From: Camelus ferus
Lineage: Eukaryota
Assembly: GCF_009834535.1 (NCBI RefSeq)
Contig: NC_045696.1
Location: 101,620,001 to 101,684,000, forward strand
DNA length: 64,000 nt
Direction of reading: 5' to 3'
Positions 1-11,463 of the stretch are shown here, one piece after another. A program made the translations under genes and the position numbers. Within the stretch, counting starts at the first letter, position 1; each line of letters begins with the position of its first letter. The notes under the pieces were generated by a model. That model was not told the DNA's origin. It did not search any database and was given only the letters and a program-made list of their open reading frames with translations.

Positions 1-527
1 AGTTTGCCCTTTTTGTATTAAAATCATACAGTTTAGGTATCACTCTAAAATTAGCCTTGGAAAATTAATTAGATAGCTTTCCACCTTTTTTAATCATCCA
101 GAAGAATTTCTAAAACATGAGCATTAGCTATTCCTTTAAATTTCTATGAAACTTAGAGTAAACCATCTGGCACTAGTTCTTTGAGGAAGATTTTTGACTG
201 CATTTCCCATTTCTTCTGTGCTATTGATGGTTTTGAAGTTTTCTACTTCTTTCTGAGTCATTGCTATTAATTTACATCTTCTTAGAAAAAAATAATTTTT
301 TTTCTCCTAGAATTGCAAATTTATTGGTCCAAATCTGTACATACATAGCATTTTCTTCAAATTTGTTCAATTCCACAGCTCTAGTTAATAGCCCTATTTC
401 TTCTTTTCTATTACTAAATTATTGCCTATGTCATTTTCCCCCCGGTCAGACTTAGCAAATGTTTATCAGTTTTGCCATATATTGCCTTTATTGATTAATA
501 AGACTTTTATTCTCCCCCCCATATATA
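1..527 (-). mobile_element. Old L1 (L1M-type) ORF2 fragment
   Basis: T-rich antisense L1-like sequence, e.g. 'ttaaatttctatgaaacttagagtaaaccatctggcactag', resembling the antisense ORF2 motif; highly decayed. Confidence 0.55.
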
Positions 528-539
528 TATATTTCAGCC

Positions 540-906
540 TTTTTTTTTTTTTTTTTTTTTTTAGTCCTGATTCATGATTTAATTGGTGTGCTGGTCCGGG
601 TCCCTTATTTCTGCTGCTCTCGGGCGCACTGCTCTGGGGTCAGGGTTTTCTGCTTGAAGGCGTGGATGTGCCGGAGCTCTTTCGCTAGCCACAGTGTTCA
701 CAAGCAGGTGTCTCTGAAGCAGCAGCTTCCCCTCGAACTTGGCGACGAGGCCACAAGGACTGGAAAGCTGGACGCACAGCGTCTGGGAGTCGTGCCCTCC
801 ACTTCCACGTGCTCTGCCTCCAGGTCAGGCTGCAGCTTCTCCTGGAGGTATTCGGCGCTGAGTTCCATTGCCACAGCCCAGCATGGGTGGCAGCCCAGCG
901 CAGACG
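540..906 (-). pseudogene. BOLA2: Processed (retro)pseudogene of BolA family member 2
   Basis: Reverse complement from ATG at 868 reads MELSAEYLQEKLQPDLEAEHVEVEGTTPRRCASSFPVLVAS, then in shifted frames AKFEGKLLLQRHLLVNT and LAKELRHIHAFKQKTLTPEQCAREQQK-TAA (605-607), matching the known BOLA2 protein end to end. It has no introns, ATTAAA at 578-583, poly(A) at 540-562 and the TSD TATATTTCAGC at 528-538 and 907-917. Insertions of +2 (~745) and +1 (~690) give a premature TGA at 698-700. Confidence 0.96.
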
Positions 907-929
907 TATATTTCAGCTTTTATTGCATT

Positions 930-1965
930 AATTCCTTCTTCATATTTCATTAGTCATTCACTTATTCATCTAGTGTGTAAGAATTGGGGCATCATTTCAA
1001 TTTGTCCCACTGATAATGGTATTCACTTTGATCACTTGATTAATGTGGGATCTAAATATCCTGTTTCTTATCAAGCTTTTAGTTTATTCATTTACTTAAC
1101 TGTATCACCATAGACTCCTGGTTTTCTGTTTTGCCAATAGGTTGCAATCCATTCAAATATTTATTTTGATACTGAAATTGGACTTTGTTTCGTGGGAGCC
1201 CCTCCGAGAAGGCTTTGAATTCTTTCTTCTGCCACAAGATGACTCTGGCTTATTAAACTTCACCCACACCAGCCCTGAAAGCAGCATTTCTCAAAGGAGC
1301 CCTGGATACTTTTTGTGGAGAAAAGTGGTTACAGAATCCTGCCAGTGGGCAGAGCAAGGGAATAGACGTGTGCACACACTTAACATTCACAGACACACGT
1401 GTACATCAATGTTTAGTGGGTTTACAAACACATTAACTGTATTTAATTCTGTAGTTACCTATCTTTATCAATTTATCCTAAAAGCCATGAATTCACACTA
1501 ATACTGTTGAATCCAATCTACAGAGTCCATTCTAGTTTTCTCCCTTGCTATATTTGTAATACCATTTCCAACTATGAGAAACTGCTTCCCATTATCTTTA
1601 GGACATACATTCATTTGATTAGTTTCTCCATATATAGAGTCAATATCCCATTTCTGGATATTCCCCATTTAAAGATTCCAAAGCCAGCACAGGCGTTCTC
1701 CTCTGCCTGCTTGGGCTCTGACTCCCCACGCCAGCTGTAACCCCTCCATGGCCACCCCCTCAACTTGTTCAGACTCAAACATGGTACACAAGACCACCCA
1801 TCCCCAAGAATTTCTCTCTCACTCTGCTCAGGTTCAAACTAGCCATGCGGGGCCACCATCAGCTGTAGGTGCCCTTCTCTCCCTGCGAGACCTCTGACTG
1901 CCCGCCCACTCTGGGCCTCCCTGGCTCCCCATTCCCAAAGACATGGACACCTTTATCAACCCCCA
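930..1965 (-). mobile_element. L1MC4/L1MC4a-like 3' UTR fragment including its degenerate C-rich internal tandem region (~1680-1960)
   Basis: 'ccagccctgaaagcagcatttctcaaaggagccctgg' and 'aaagccatgaattcacactaata' resemble antisense L1MC 3' UTR; followed by repeated 'gggctctgactcccc'-like units. Confidence 0.6.
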
Positions 1966-2079
1966 TCTGAATTATTCAGGGAGGAAAAGGACGCAGGAAG
2001 AGGGAAAAACTGTATTCTATTCTACATTGAGGTTTCCTAAGAATTATTTAAAAATCCAGGAAAACTTTTTATAAGGATA

Positions 2080-2220
2080 AATATTTATTTGTTCATATTG
2101 ATCAGTCGACAAACATTTACTGAATACCTGCTATGTGCTCAGCTGAGGCAATATAAAAGAAGTATGAAAGGGTTCCTGCCATGTAGCTACTTGAAATTAG
2201 ATGGGCAACTCAACAAGGAA
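2080..2220 (-). mobile_element. L2 3' end fragment
   Basis: 'acaaacatttactgaatacctgctatgtgc' is the typical antisense L2 tail. Confidence 0.6.
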
Positions 2221-5200
2221 TAGAATAATAAAAGTTCACTATATTTTTCCATAACAACAGAAACAGGAAAAGGAAAAATCTGTAACTATTAGACTCTCAA
2301 ATTATCATAATGCATATTTTGCTTTGAGGTAACCTTCCCACACCTCGATATCTAATGCCTTTCCTTCCCATGCTGTTGAAGCTCACTTCGCACCAAACTT
2401 TTTATTAATGCTTCAGAACAACTGGTGGTAACGTTTTACTCTGTTAAGTTACTGGAGCAGACACTATTTATTATTTTGGTAGTGCTGTCATCAGAATTAA
2501 AGCATAACGATGAAAGTCACAGTGTAATGTAAAAAAAAAATCATCACTTAAGAAATGAAAAAAAAGAAGAAAGAAATGTATTACAGAATAATTCTTAAAA
2601 TGTGCTTGCTGTAGGTTGTTCTGACTCAGATATGCAATTTATATTTTAAACATCATTTTCATAAAAGTCTACATTTCATGTGAAAAATGTAAAGCATAAA
2701 GCGTGGTTCCATGTTCCGGCTGGGAGTGCGGAGGTTGTGACTGTGGAGCAGTGAAGTATCTATAGGAGGATTAAAAAGAGAACCCAAGGGGAGAGGAGAA
2801 GGCAAGGAGCCCACGGTGACAAGAGGAGACAGTGGTCCTGCTGGGAGGCCCTGGAGGAGCAGGAGGGAAAGGAAGTAGCTGCTGCCAATCACTACTGTCC
2901 CCACAACCATCATCATTTTTGATGTCAGAGGGAACTGGTATCATTCGTGTCTTATTCTACACGGGTTTTTAAAAAAGTGATTACCGTGGCTGAGAGTATA
3001 ATGTCACAACTGAAGGTCACATACTGACTAACGTCCACAGCAAGAAATGACCACTATTATTAAAATCATTAATTATTGTCCCAGCTACTGCTCTTCTCAA
3101 GATAAATGTGCAGAAACAATTATGGAAGCAATTACTTATGCCTTTAAATTTCACAAGTATGTTTGGACTTCACTCTCCGGCTTTCTACAGCAGTGACTGA
3201 GACTCAGTACTTCCAAGTAATGTCACTTATGATCAAGGCACAGTCTTCATTAAGGTACAAAATATTTCCCTCCATAACCTAAGAGGAAATAAAAGCTCAT
3301 TCCTGAATGTTCTGGATGTCCTTCCCTTCAATAGACAAAAGCTCCCTCATGGTCTTCAGTTCCTGCAAATGTGCTTGGTCCTACATTCATTGAATGAGAT
3401 CTTTGTGAACGCTGCCCAGGCCCTGGTTTTTCCTCTAAAACCGCTCTCCAGCAGTCAACCTCTGGGACCCTGCCTCTTTTGCCCAAATCATTCAGTCAAG
3501 GTAATACTGATCCAAGCTGGATGAATGAGATCCTTCCTTGGGTGAGGTTAGTGTTAGGACTCGGGGACTCCAGTCACAACCTGACAACACTGAATTTTTA
3601 AGGACATCTAAACATGGGGACTGGGAAGATGTGCCTCATGTTGGTATCTGTAGTCCTTGCATGAAGAATCAGAGAAAAGTGGTTTATAAAGAGACTAGAA
3701 GATGAAGTAGGTGGGCTGAGAGAAATGGAGACGGTCCAGGGAGAAGTAGAGGAACTTCTGATATGACCTTTCCCTTCTGGGTCTACAGTTGGCCCCTCCA
3801 TGTGGTAAAATTCCACTGGTTCCTTGTAAACATCCCCTACCTTCACCCGACCTTTTACTTAAATTGTTTAGAATTGGGCAGAGTTGAGGAAACCTTTTGT
3901 TCTATGAATGGTGTATCTGAGAGTGTTTGACAAGTTTTACCTCTGACTCTGTGACCGTTTGTTTTAACTGGTGGCAGTGTGTACACGGAAATACCTCTGA
4001 CATTTTTATATACCTAGAGGTGGCTCCCAATGGATTACTGAACACCCAGATTAACAGACTCATTGCTTAAGGCCTCCTTTCCACCCAAATTCAATCATAT
4101 CAGTCCTGGAGCAGGTGATCCAAGGAGCAAGAGCCCTAGATGGGGACGTTCTCTCAACAATTCAGAATATCTCCACTCAAGATACTTACTAGAGACCTTA
4201 ATGTGTGTTTCCTGTTCAGGTCCTGAACAGCTCGCTCAACTGACCTTATTAATGCAATAGCATATGCTAATTAATCCATCTGGGCCCTCAAAGAATTGCT
4301 GTAACACCACCGGCTTAATTATATGAGACACGCTGCAAAGGCTTTTAATGTCCCCTTACAGTGAATGTACCAGGGATTGCCTTAATTAAGCTAAGCTTTC
4401 TAGCTTTCTTTTTCCCTGCCCACCTTTATTATTTGGCTCTTTTGTTTCATTTTGGTTTTCATGTTTCTCTGTTGTTGTTGTTTTGCCTAGTTTTTTTTTT
4501 TTTTCCTGTTTGTTTTGTTCTGTTTAGTTTTATTGTCTCTGTATCTTTTATGGTTAATGTACTTAAGTTACTCTCGAATAAAAGAATAAAAACAACAGTG
4601 AAGTCAACAATAAGAGGAGAAAATTATTTTCAGGTTCATCCACTTTGTTAATGTATCAGCCAGGGATATGGAGTTACCAGGAAATGGAACATCACTCAGA
4701 ACAGAAGCTCATGGACTCTTTCCTACAAGGTTAACAATATCATGTGCTACACGCTTCTGGGCCTCTTTCAGGACCTTTTATTTATGTTTACAATTACTGA
4801 GCCTTGGCTCTTCATACAGGAAGCAGAAGTCAAGAAGAAAAACTTCTTTCACTTGAGGAATTCATAGTCAGTGGGGAAGACGGACATGGAGTCAGCTAAT
4901 AAGAACATAAGAACAAAATAGGTTCTAGGAAGGCAGGCACATTTGTATGAAAAGAGAGGACAGAATTGGCCATGAAGGAAGAACAGATTGAGAAGAAACA
5001 CAAGGTCATCGGGACATCCCAGATGAAAGGGACACCCTGAACAAATGGGCAGGTCCCTAAAGTTTCACCTTTTGTTTGTGAAACAGTCAAAAGCCAGTCA
5101 GGAATATCTTGATTTGTTAGAATTTGTTAGAAGCGTCGACTATTTGGAATCGGGAGTTCAGGTTTAATATACACAATATAATACACACTTCATACGGCTA

Positions 5201-5359
5201 AGATTTTGTCATGTCAAGTGCTGCTTAAATAAAAAATAATCTAAAGAGAAGGAATAAAGTGAAAAGAGTCGAGTTGGGATTGATGAGAACAGAAATGGAG
5301 ACAGCACCCTGGAAGCCTAAGCACGGAAACTTCTTGTTATTGCTGTTGCTGGTGTTGGG

Positions 5360-5423
5360 AGCCCAACACGGACTCAGCCGTGAGCTGGACAGTTCCACGC
5401 TCTACCAACTGAGCTAGCCAGGT
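5360..5423 (-). pseudogene. Degenerate tRNA-Lys-derived sequence (tRNA pseudogene or SINE head)
   Basis: Reverse complement ACCTGGCTAGCTCAGTTGGTAGAGCGTGGAACT...GAGTCCGTGTTGGGCT versus tRNA-Lys(CTT) GCCCGGCTAGCTCAGTCGGTAGAGCATGAGACT...GAGCCCCACGTTGGGCG. The A-box is intact; the anticodon and T-arm region is scrambled. Confidence 0.7.
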
Positions 5424-7085
5424 GCAGCCTGTTTTTGGAAAAACATCTATTGTATCCCTGTTGAATCTCCGCTTGAGATTAGATGTTTCCAAGATAACTG
5501 ACCTCTCTGTGTGCCACGTGATCCAGGTATGTCTATGCTGGCCTCACACTATGGTCCTCCACCTTTTGGGAGTCATCCACACCATGGACTTCCTTTGGTA
5601 GAGCAGAGCATGCATACATTTGCATAAGTGAGCATGGTGTGACCACATCTTTATTTTCACTCATATTTTATGGTAACTGCATAATTAAAGGATTGACATT
5701 TAATGGTATAAAATCATCCATTAATTTTATGTTTGAAACTTTCTGTATTTTATCAACTAGATATTAAAACATTTTTCCTATTACCTAGAAATGGTTCTTG
5801 ATCTAACCTGAAACAAATTAACTCTAAAAGAATTTATAGTTTTTGCCCAAAAAGCCACTTCTCTCTTTTTCCTGGAGGATTTATATTTAGCAAAATACAG
5901 TTCTTCTTGTCAGTTTGTGACCATATGCTATAAAGAGACACATAACTAAAACTGTCAAAACTAAGCTACCGGCTGCACATTTGTGTGACAGGGAAAACCT
6001 AGGTTGATGCACTGTGATCACAAAAGCAACCCAATCAAAAGGGCCACAGGGCAGAGATCTGACACCCAAAGTTTGGCATCGTACACGGCAATTCTTACAT
6101 GGCAAGACAAACGCATGACTTAAAGGGAGACTATGTGATGGTCTTAAATTTCAATTTTTCACACGCATTTATTTAAAGGATACCTTATAATCATGGATAA
6201 GGTAAGAAGTAGTCAGAACAGTGAGAAATGAGGAGAACAGAATCCCACCATCAAACTGGAAAGACTAGATAATAAATTCAGTGCAAAGGCATTTGCTTTC
6301 CAGTCATCTCTCACAGCACTCCAAGGCCTTCTCTCCCACCGCAGCCACAGACAGCAGAAGGAAAACAGGTTCACATTCAAGCAAGCTCCAGGAGTTCCCT
6401 GTCTGGTTCTTATCATTTATTTTGTTTTGGAAACTACAGTGAAACAGCAAACATCATCTTATCTACTGGAAATCAGCATCACTTTCCCCGCTTTTTAGCA
6501 CCATCCCTTGTACAACTGCCTTTGATCTTCTCTCTTAATATTCTTCAGCGGGAGACTTCAGGGGAATTGATTACTCAAATGTTTGAAGGCAGATATGAAG
6601 AATTACCAGTTCTTACAGAGAATTCGTGTGGTGACACGTTTATGAGGACCCTTACGGAGAAGCACTCCTAGCCAGCCAAGCAGAGACTGGAACAAGATGA
6701 AAACATAACCTCATAACAAGGTCCGGTGAGGCCCACTGTTCTCCTGCCAGTGGGGCGGCCCCTCCTCCTGCAGGAGGAAGCAAACCCCTGGGGAGCGGGG
6801 ATGCTTCTGGACTCCGTCTAGGGCCTGATGGCAGTGGGCCAGGGGAGGAAGGGCTCTGCCCACTGTCAGGTGTGCTGCCAGTGTCTCTAGGCTCCATGGG
6901 ACTCCCCCGCCCAGGAATGCTCACCTCTGAGACTCTCCAGGCATGAATAAAAGAACATCCTACCCACAGTCTATTATTTCAAGGCCTGGGGCTTCTCCAA
7001 GGTTATCACTGGAGGCACCAGATGCTCGCTTAACCCGCTTAGCTCTGAGTTCTTCCCCATAGACAGTAAAGGAGCTGACTAGCAA

Positions 7086-7226
7086 ACAGCACAGAGAACA
7101 TTCCATACCTTGTAGTAACCTATAATGAAAGAGAACATGAGAAGGAATGTATGTCTGTACATGTGTGACTGGAGCATTGTGCTGTACACCAGGAAGTGAC
7201 ACAACATTGTAAACTGACTGTACTCC

Positions 7227-7285
<59 letters not shown>

Positions 7286-7294
7286 CATATATAT
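7086..7294 (+). mobile_element. 5'-truncated lineage-type L1 3' end with (TA)n tail
   Basis: 'cttgtagtaacctataatgaaa...gctgtacaccag...aactgactgtactccaatt' aligns directly with the L1 3' end at 26620-26765 in this window. Confidence 0.85.
7232..7279. repeat. (TA)n microsatellite
   Basis: About 24 perfect TA units in the L1 tail position. Confidence 0.98.
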
Positions 7295-7689
7295 AAAAGC
7301 ATTAAGTACATAATCACCACAGGGATGAGCCGACAGTCAGACCCCCAGCCACTCAACTAGTGGAAACAGCCTCCTACCTGTATTAAACAATAAGTGGTCT
7401 CTAAATGACAACAAAAGACTTATTCCCTTTCTCTATGGGAGGGGCATGGGAGGCTCTAATAAACACTGCCTTGACCAGAAGCTATTAATTTCACGTTGCA
7501 CATAAAATTAAGGTTATTGAGCTAACAATTTAGATTATGTTTACTCTGAGCATCCCCATTCTGCCCTGACAAACCGAGGAGCACACAGGAGAAATGGCAA
7601 AGGTTGACTGAAGCAGAACCAACTGAGGGAGGAAGAAATAACCGAGGAGAGAGGAAACAGAATAAATATCCAAATTTAGGAGAAAGAGT

Positions 7690-7915
7690 GTAAGGTCCGA
7701 AACCGGACTTCCTGGGTTCAAATATGGCTCTGCTACTGACTACTTTGTGAATCGAATAAGCCACTTAACTTCTCTGTGCCTCAGTTTACTGAGCTATAAA
7801 GTGGGGATAACAGTGGCACATGCCTCAGTGGGTTGTTTTGGATCATTTTAAATGACTGAGTTCCTGCAAAGCTCACAGAACTGTACTTGGCACAGAGGAG
7901 GCCCACAGAGCCTGC
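7690..7915 (+). mobile_element. MIR SINE
   Basis: Core 'ctgggttcaaat..ggctctgctact...cacttaacttctctgtgcctcagttt...ataaagtggggataa'. Confidence 0.85.
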
Positions 7916-9137
7916 AATTGTTAGTTGTTGGTGAAGGTGGTATCAGAAAAGCACAGCAGTTAGGAGTGTTTGAGCAAAGGCTCTTACATGTCAGGATAGA
8001 CCCAGTGGGGCTCAGGCTATTGGAGTCTATGACAAATAATAGACTTTAAAAGAAAAGTATCGAACTGGAAATAGCGTTTTGGGATCTTTTATGACCTGCT
8101 TTCTTCGCTTAATGTTTAGTGAACACTTTCCTATGAAATTAAACATAAAATTCATCCTACAGCCACATCTTTTATTTGCCAATGTCTGATTATCACACAT
8201 TTAAGTGTTTTCAAATTTTTATATTAATAGATAGAGTGAGAAGAAAATATCAATATTTCAAATAAACAAAAAATTAACCATTGCTATTTCCGTACACTAG
8301 TGGATATGGCTCTTTGTTTAGGAAGGTATCTAGAAAAGCCTTTTGGGGCATGAAGAATAACAATCCATTTCACGGTCTGAAGGAAGAGGAAATTACAAAG
8401 AGGAAAGTGAAAAGAATATATAGAGTGAAAGGAGTTTTGTTTTGTCCCTGGTTTGCTTGAGAAGAGTAGGTGAGGTTTGGGAATGGAGAGGCTCCTCAGG
8501 GGAGGAGAGGGTCCGGGGTTAGAAGGGCATGGCAGGTGCCAGGACTCTAAGGAGGACACACTAGCAAGGAATTTCCCAAGGCGTGGGATAATTTTCCAGT
8601 CGTGGTGAAATTTGGCACTGACATCGAAGCTGTTCCTGGTACCATGCTCTATCTACTTCCCTTTGGTTACCTCCAGACCTCAGTATCTCCAACAATACAT
8701 TTATAGCAATGATAACACAGGGGAATGGAGGAGGATATATGTCTAGAGTGGAGAAAAGCAGGTCACCAAGAAAGGTCAACAGATATCATTTCTAGCCGTG
8801 AGATTTTAGGAATGTTACTAAACCACTTTGTTCATAATTAATCTGAAAATGGTGATAACCACTTATTTCACAGAGCTGCAATGTAAATTAAAATGCTTAG
8901 AAGATGACTGGCAATAGTGCATGTGCTCAATAAACGTTAACCATAAAAGTCTACCCCAGTGAATACCCTTATGCACATCCATGATTGAATGTCATGCCCT
9001 ACAAAGTCACAGAAAGAATTTTTAATCAGAACAAAATCAGGTTTCAATTGTTCTGCGAGGAAGAAACTGGGATAAAGCAAGAATTCAAGCTAATACACAA
9101 ACACTTAGAAGAGACATGAGATTAACTAAATATATTA

Positions 9138-11463
9138 CAGGCATACCTAATTTTTTATGCTTTGCTTTATTGTGCTTTGCAGATACTGTGTTTTTTTTAC
9201 AAATTGAAGGTCTTTGGCAACCCTGTGTCTATCAAGTCTATTGGCACCATTTTTCCAACAGCATTTGCTCATTTCATATCTCTGTGTCACATTTATGTAA
9301 TTCTTGCAGTATTTTAAACTTTATTATTATATTTGTTATGGTAACCTGGGATCAGTAATCTTTAATGTTACTTTTGTAATTGTTTTGGGGTACCATGAAC
9401 TGTGCCCATATAGGAGCAAGCTTCATTAATAAATGTGTGTGTTCTGACTGCTCCACTAACCAGCCATTCCCCCATCTCTCTCCCTCTTCTCAGGCCTCCC
9501 TATTCCCTGAGACACAATAATATTGAAATTACTCTACAGTGGCCTCTTAAGTTCAGGTGAAAGGAAGAGCTGCATGTCTCTCACTTTAAAGCAAAAGCCA
9601 GAGATGATTAAGCTTAGTGAGGAAGATATGTCAGATATGCCAAGGCAGACTGAAAGTCAGGATTTTTAAACCAAACAGCCAAGCTGTGAATGCAAAGGAA
9701 AAATTCTTGAAGGAAATTAGGACTAGTCCAGTGAACACATGAATTATAAGGAAGTAAAACAGATATTGCTGATATGGATAAAGTTGGAGTGGTCTAGATA
9801 GAAGATCAAACCAGCCACAATATTCCCTTAAGCCAAAGCCTAATCCAGAGCAAGCCCCTAACTCTCTTCAATTTTATGAAGGCTGAGAGAGGTAGGGAAG
9901 CTGTGGAAGAAAAATTTAAATCTAGCAGAGGTCGGTCCATGAAGTTCAAAGAAAGAAGTTACTTCCATATACACAAAAGGGATGTAGAAGCTGCAAGCAA
10001 GTCATCCAGAAGATCTAGCTCAGATAATGAATGAAGGTGGCTACACTGAACAACAGACTTTCAGTGTAGAAACAGTCTCATATTGGAAGAAGATGCCATC
10101 TAGGACTTCTAGAGAGGAGAAGTCAGTGCCTGGCTTTAATGCTTCAAAGAACTAAATGTCTGTTCTTAAGTGACTTAAAATTGAAGCCAATGTTCATTTA
10201 CTACTCCAAAAATCCTAGGGCCCTTCAGAATTATGCTCAATCCACTCTGCCTGTGCTCTATAAATGGAACAACAAAGCCTGGATGACAGCACATCTGTTT
10301 ACAATATGGTTTACTGAATATCTTAAGTGCACTGTTAAGACCTACAGATCAGGAAAATATGACTTTCAAAATATGACTGCTCATTGACAATGCACCTCGT
10401 CACCCAAGCACTCTGCTGGAGATGCACAATGAGACAAATGTTGTTTGCATGCCTAATAAAACAATCCATCCTGTAGCTCATGGATCAAGAAGTAATTTTG
10501 CCTTCCAAGCCTTATTATTTAAGAAATACATTTTTAAAGGTTCTAGCTGCCATTGATAGTGATCCTCTGAAGGGTCTGACCAAAGTCATTTGAAAACCTT
10601 CTGGAAATGATTCACCACTCTAGACACTGTTAAAACATTCATGATTCATGGGAAGAGGTCAAAAAGCAACAAGAGCAGGAGTTTGGAAGAAACTGAGTCC
10701 CCTCATGGATGACTTTGAGGGGTTCAAGACTTCATTTGGAGGAAGCAACTACAAATGTGATGGAAAAAGCAAGAGAACTAGAATGAGAAGTGGAGCCTGA
10801 AGATGGACTGGATTTCTGCTATTGCGTGATAAAACTTGAAAGGATGAAGCACCGCTACTCATGGATAAGCAAAGAAAGTGGCTTCTTGAGATGGAATCTA
10901 CTCCAGGTGAAGATGCTGTGAAGTTTGTTAAAATAACAGTAAGGGATTTAGAATATTACATGTATTTATTTGACAAAGCAGGGTTTGAGAGGATTGACTC
11001 CAATTTTGAAAGAAGTTCCACTGTGAGTAAAATGCTACCAAACAGCATAGCATGCAACAGAGGAAACATTCCTGAAAGGAACAGTCATTCAGTGCAGCCA
11101 ACTTCATTGTTGTCTCACTTTAAGAAATTGCTGAAGCCACTCCAACCTTCAGCAACCACCAGTCTGATCAGTCAGCAGCCATCAACACTGAGGAGAGACC
11201 CTCCAACCGCAAAAAGATCACAACTTCCTGAAGGCTTAGGTGATAGCATTTTTCAGCAATAAAGTATTTTTTTCATTAAGGTATGTACATTGGTTTTTTT
11301 TTTAAAACATATGCTATTGCACACTTAATAGACTACAGTCATGTAAACATAACTTTTATATGCACTGGGAAACCACAAAAATTCATGTGACTGGCTTCAT
11401 TACAATATTCATTTTATTTCGGTGGTCTGGAATCAAACCTGCACAATCTCTGAGGTATGCCTG
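9138..11463 (+). mobile_element. Tigger1 DNA transposon (TcMar-Tigger), near full length, dead transposase
   Basis: TIRs CAGGCATACCT (9138) and AGGTATGCCTG (to 11463), each flanked by TA. Transposase remnants: [42 protein letters not shown] (ORF 10139), [10 protein letters not shown] (~10375-10405) and [20 protein letters not shown] (ORF 10861). Multiple stops and frameshifts. Confidence 0.95.

Noticed and set aside
588..953. 121-aa plus-strand ORF
   Set aside because: It is the antisense shadow of the BOLA2 retrocopy, has a GTG start and matches no protein I recognise.
4258..4269. TAGCATATGCTA equals the core of the EBV EBNA1 binding palindrome
   Set aside because: It is a single 12-mer without the flanking GGG/CCC bases, repeat array or any viral context; most likely chance.
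6652..6924. 90-aa Pro/Gly/Ser-rich minus-strand ORF
   Set aside because: It has a non-ATG start, is expected in a GC-rich patch and has no recognisable homology.
10139..11262. Transposase-like ORFs as a domesticated TIGD/JRK gene
   Set aside because: They are fragmented by stops and frameshifts inside a TIR-bounded Tigger1 copy.
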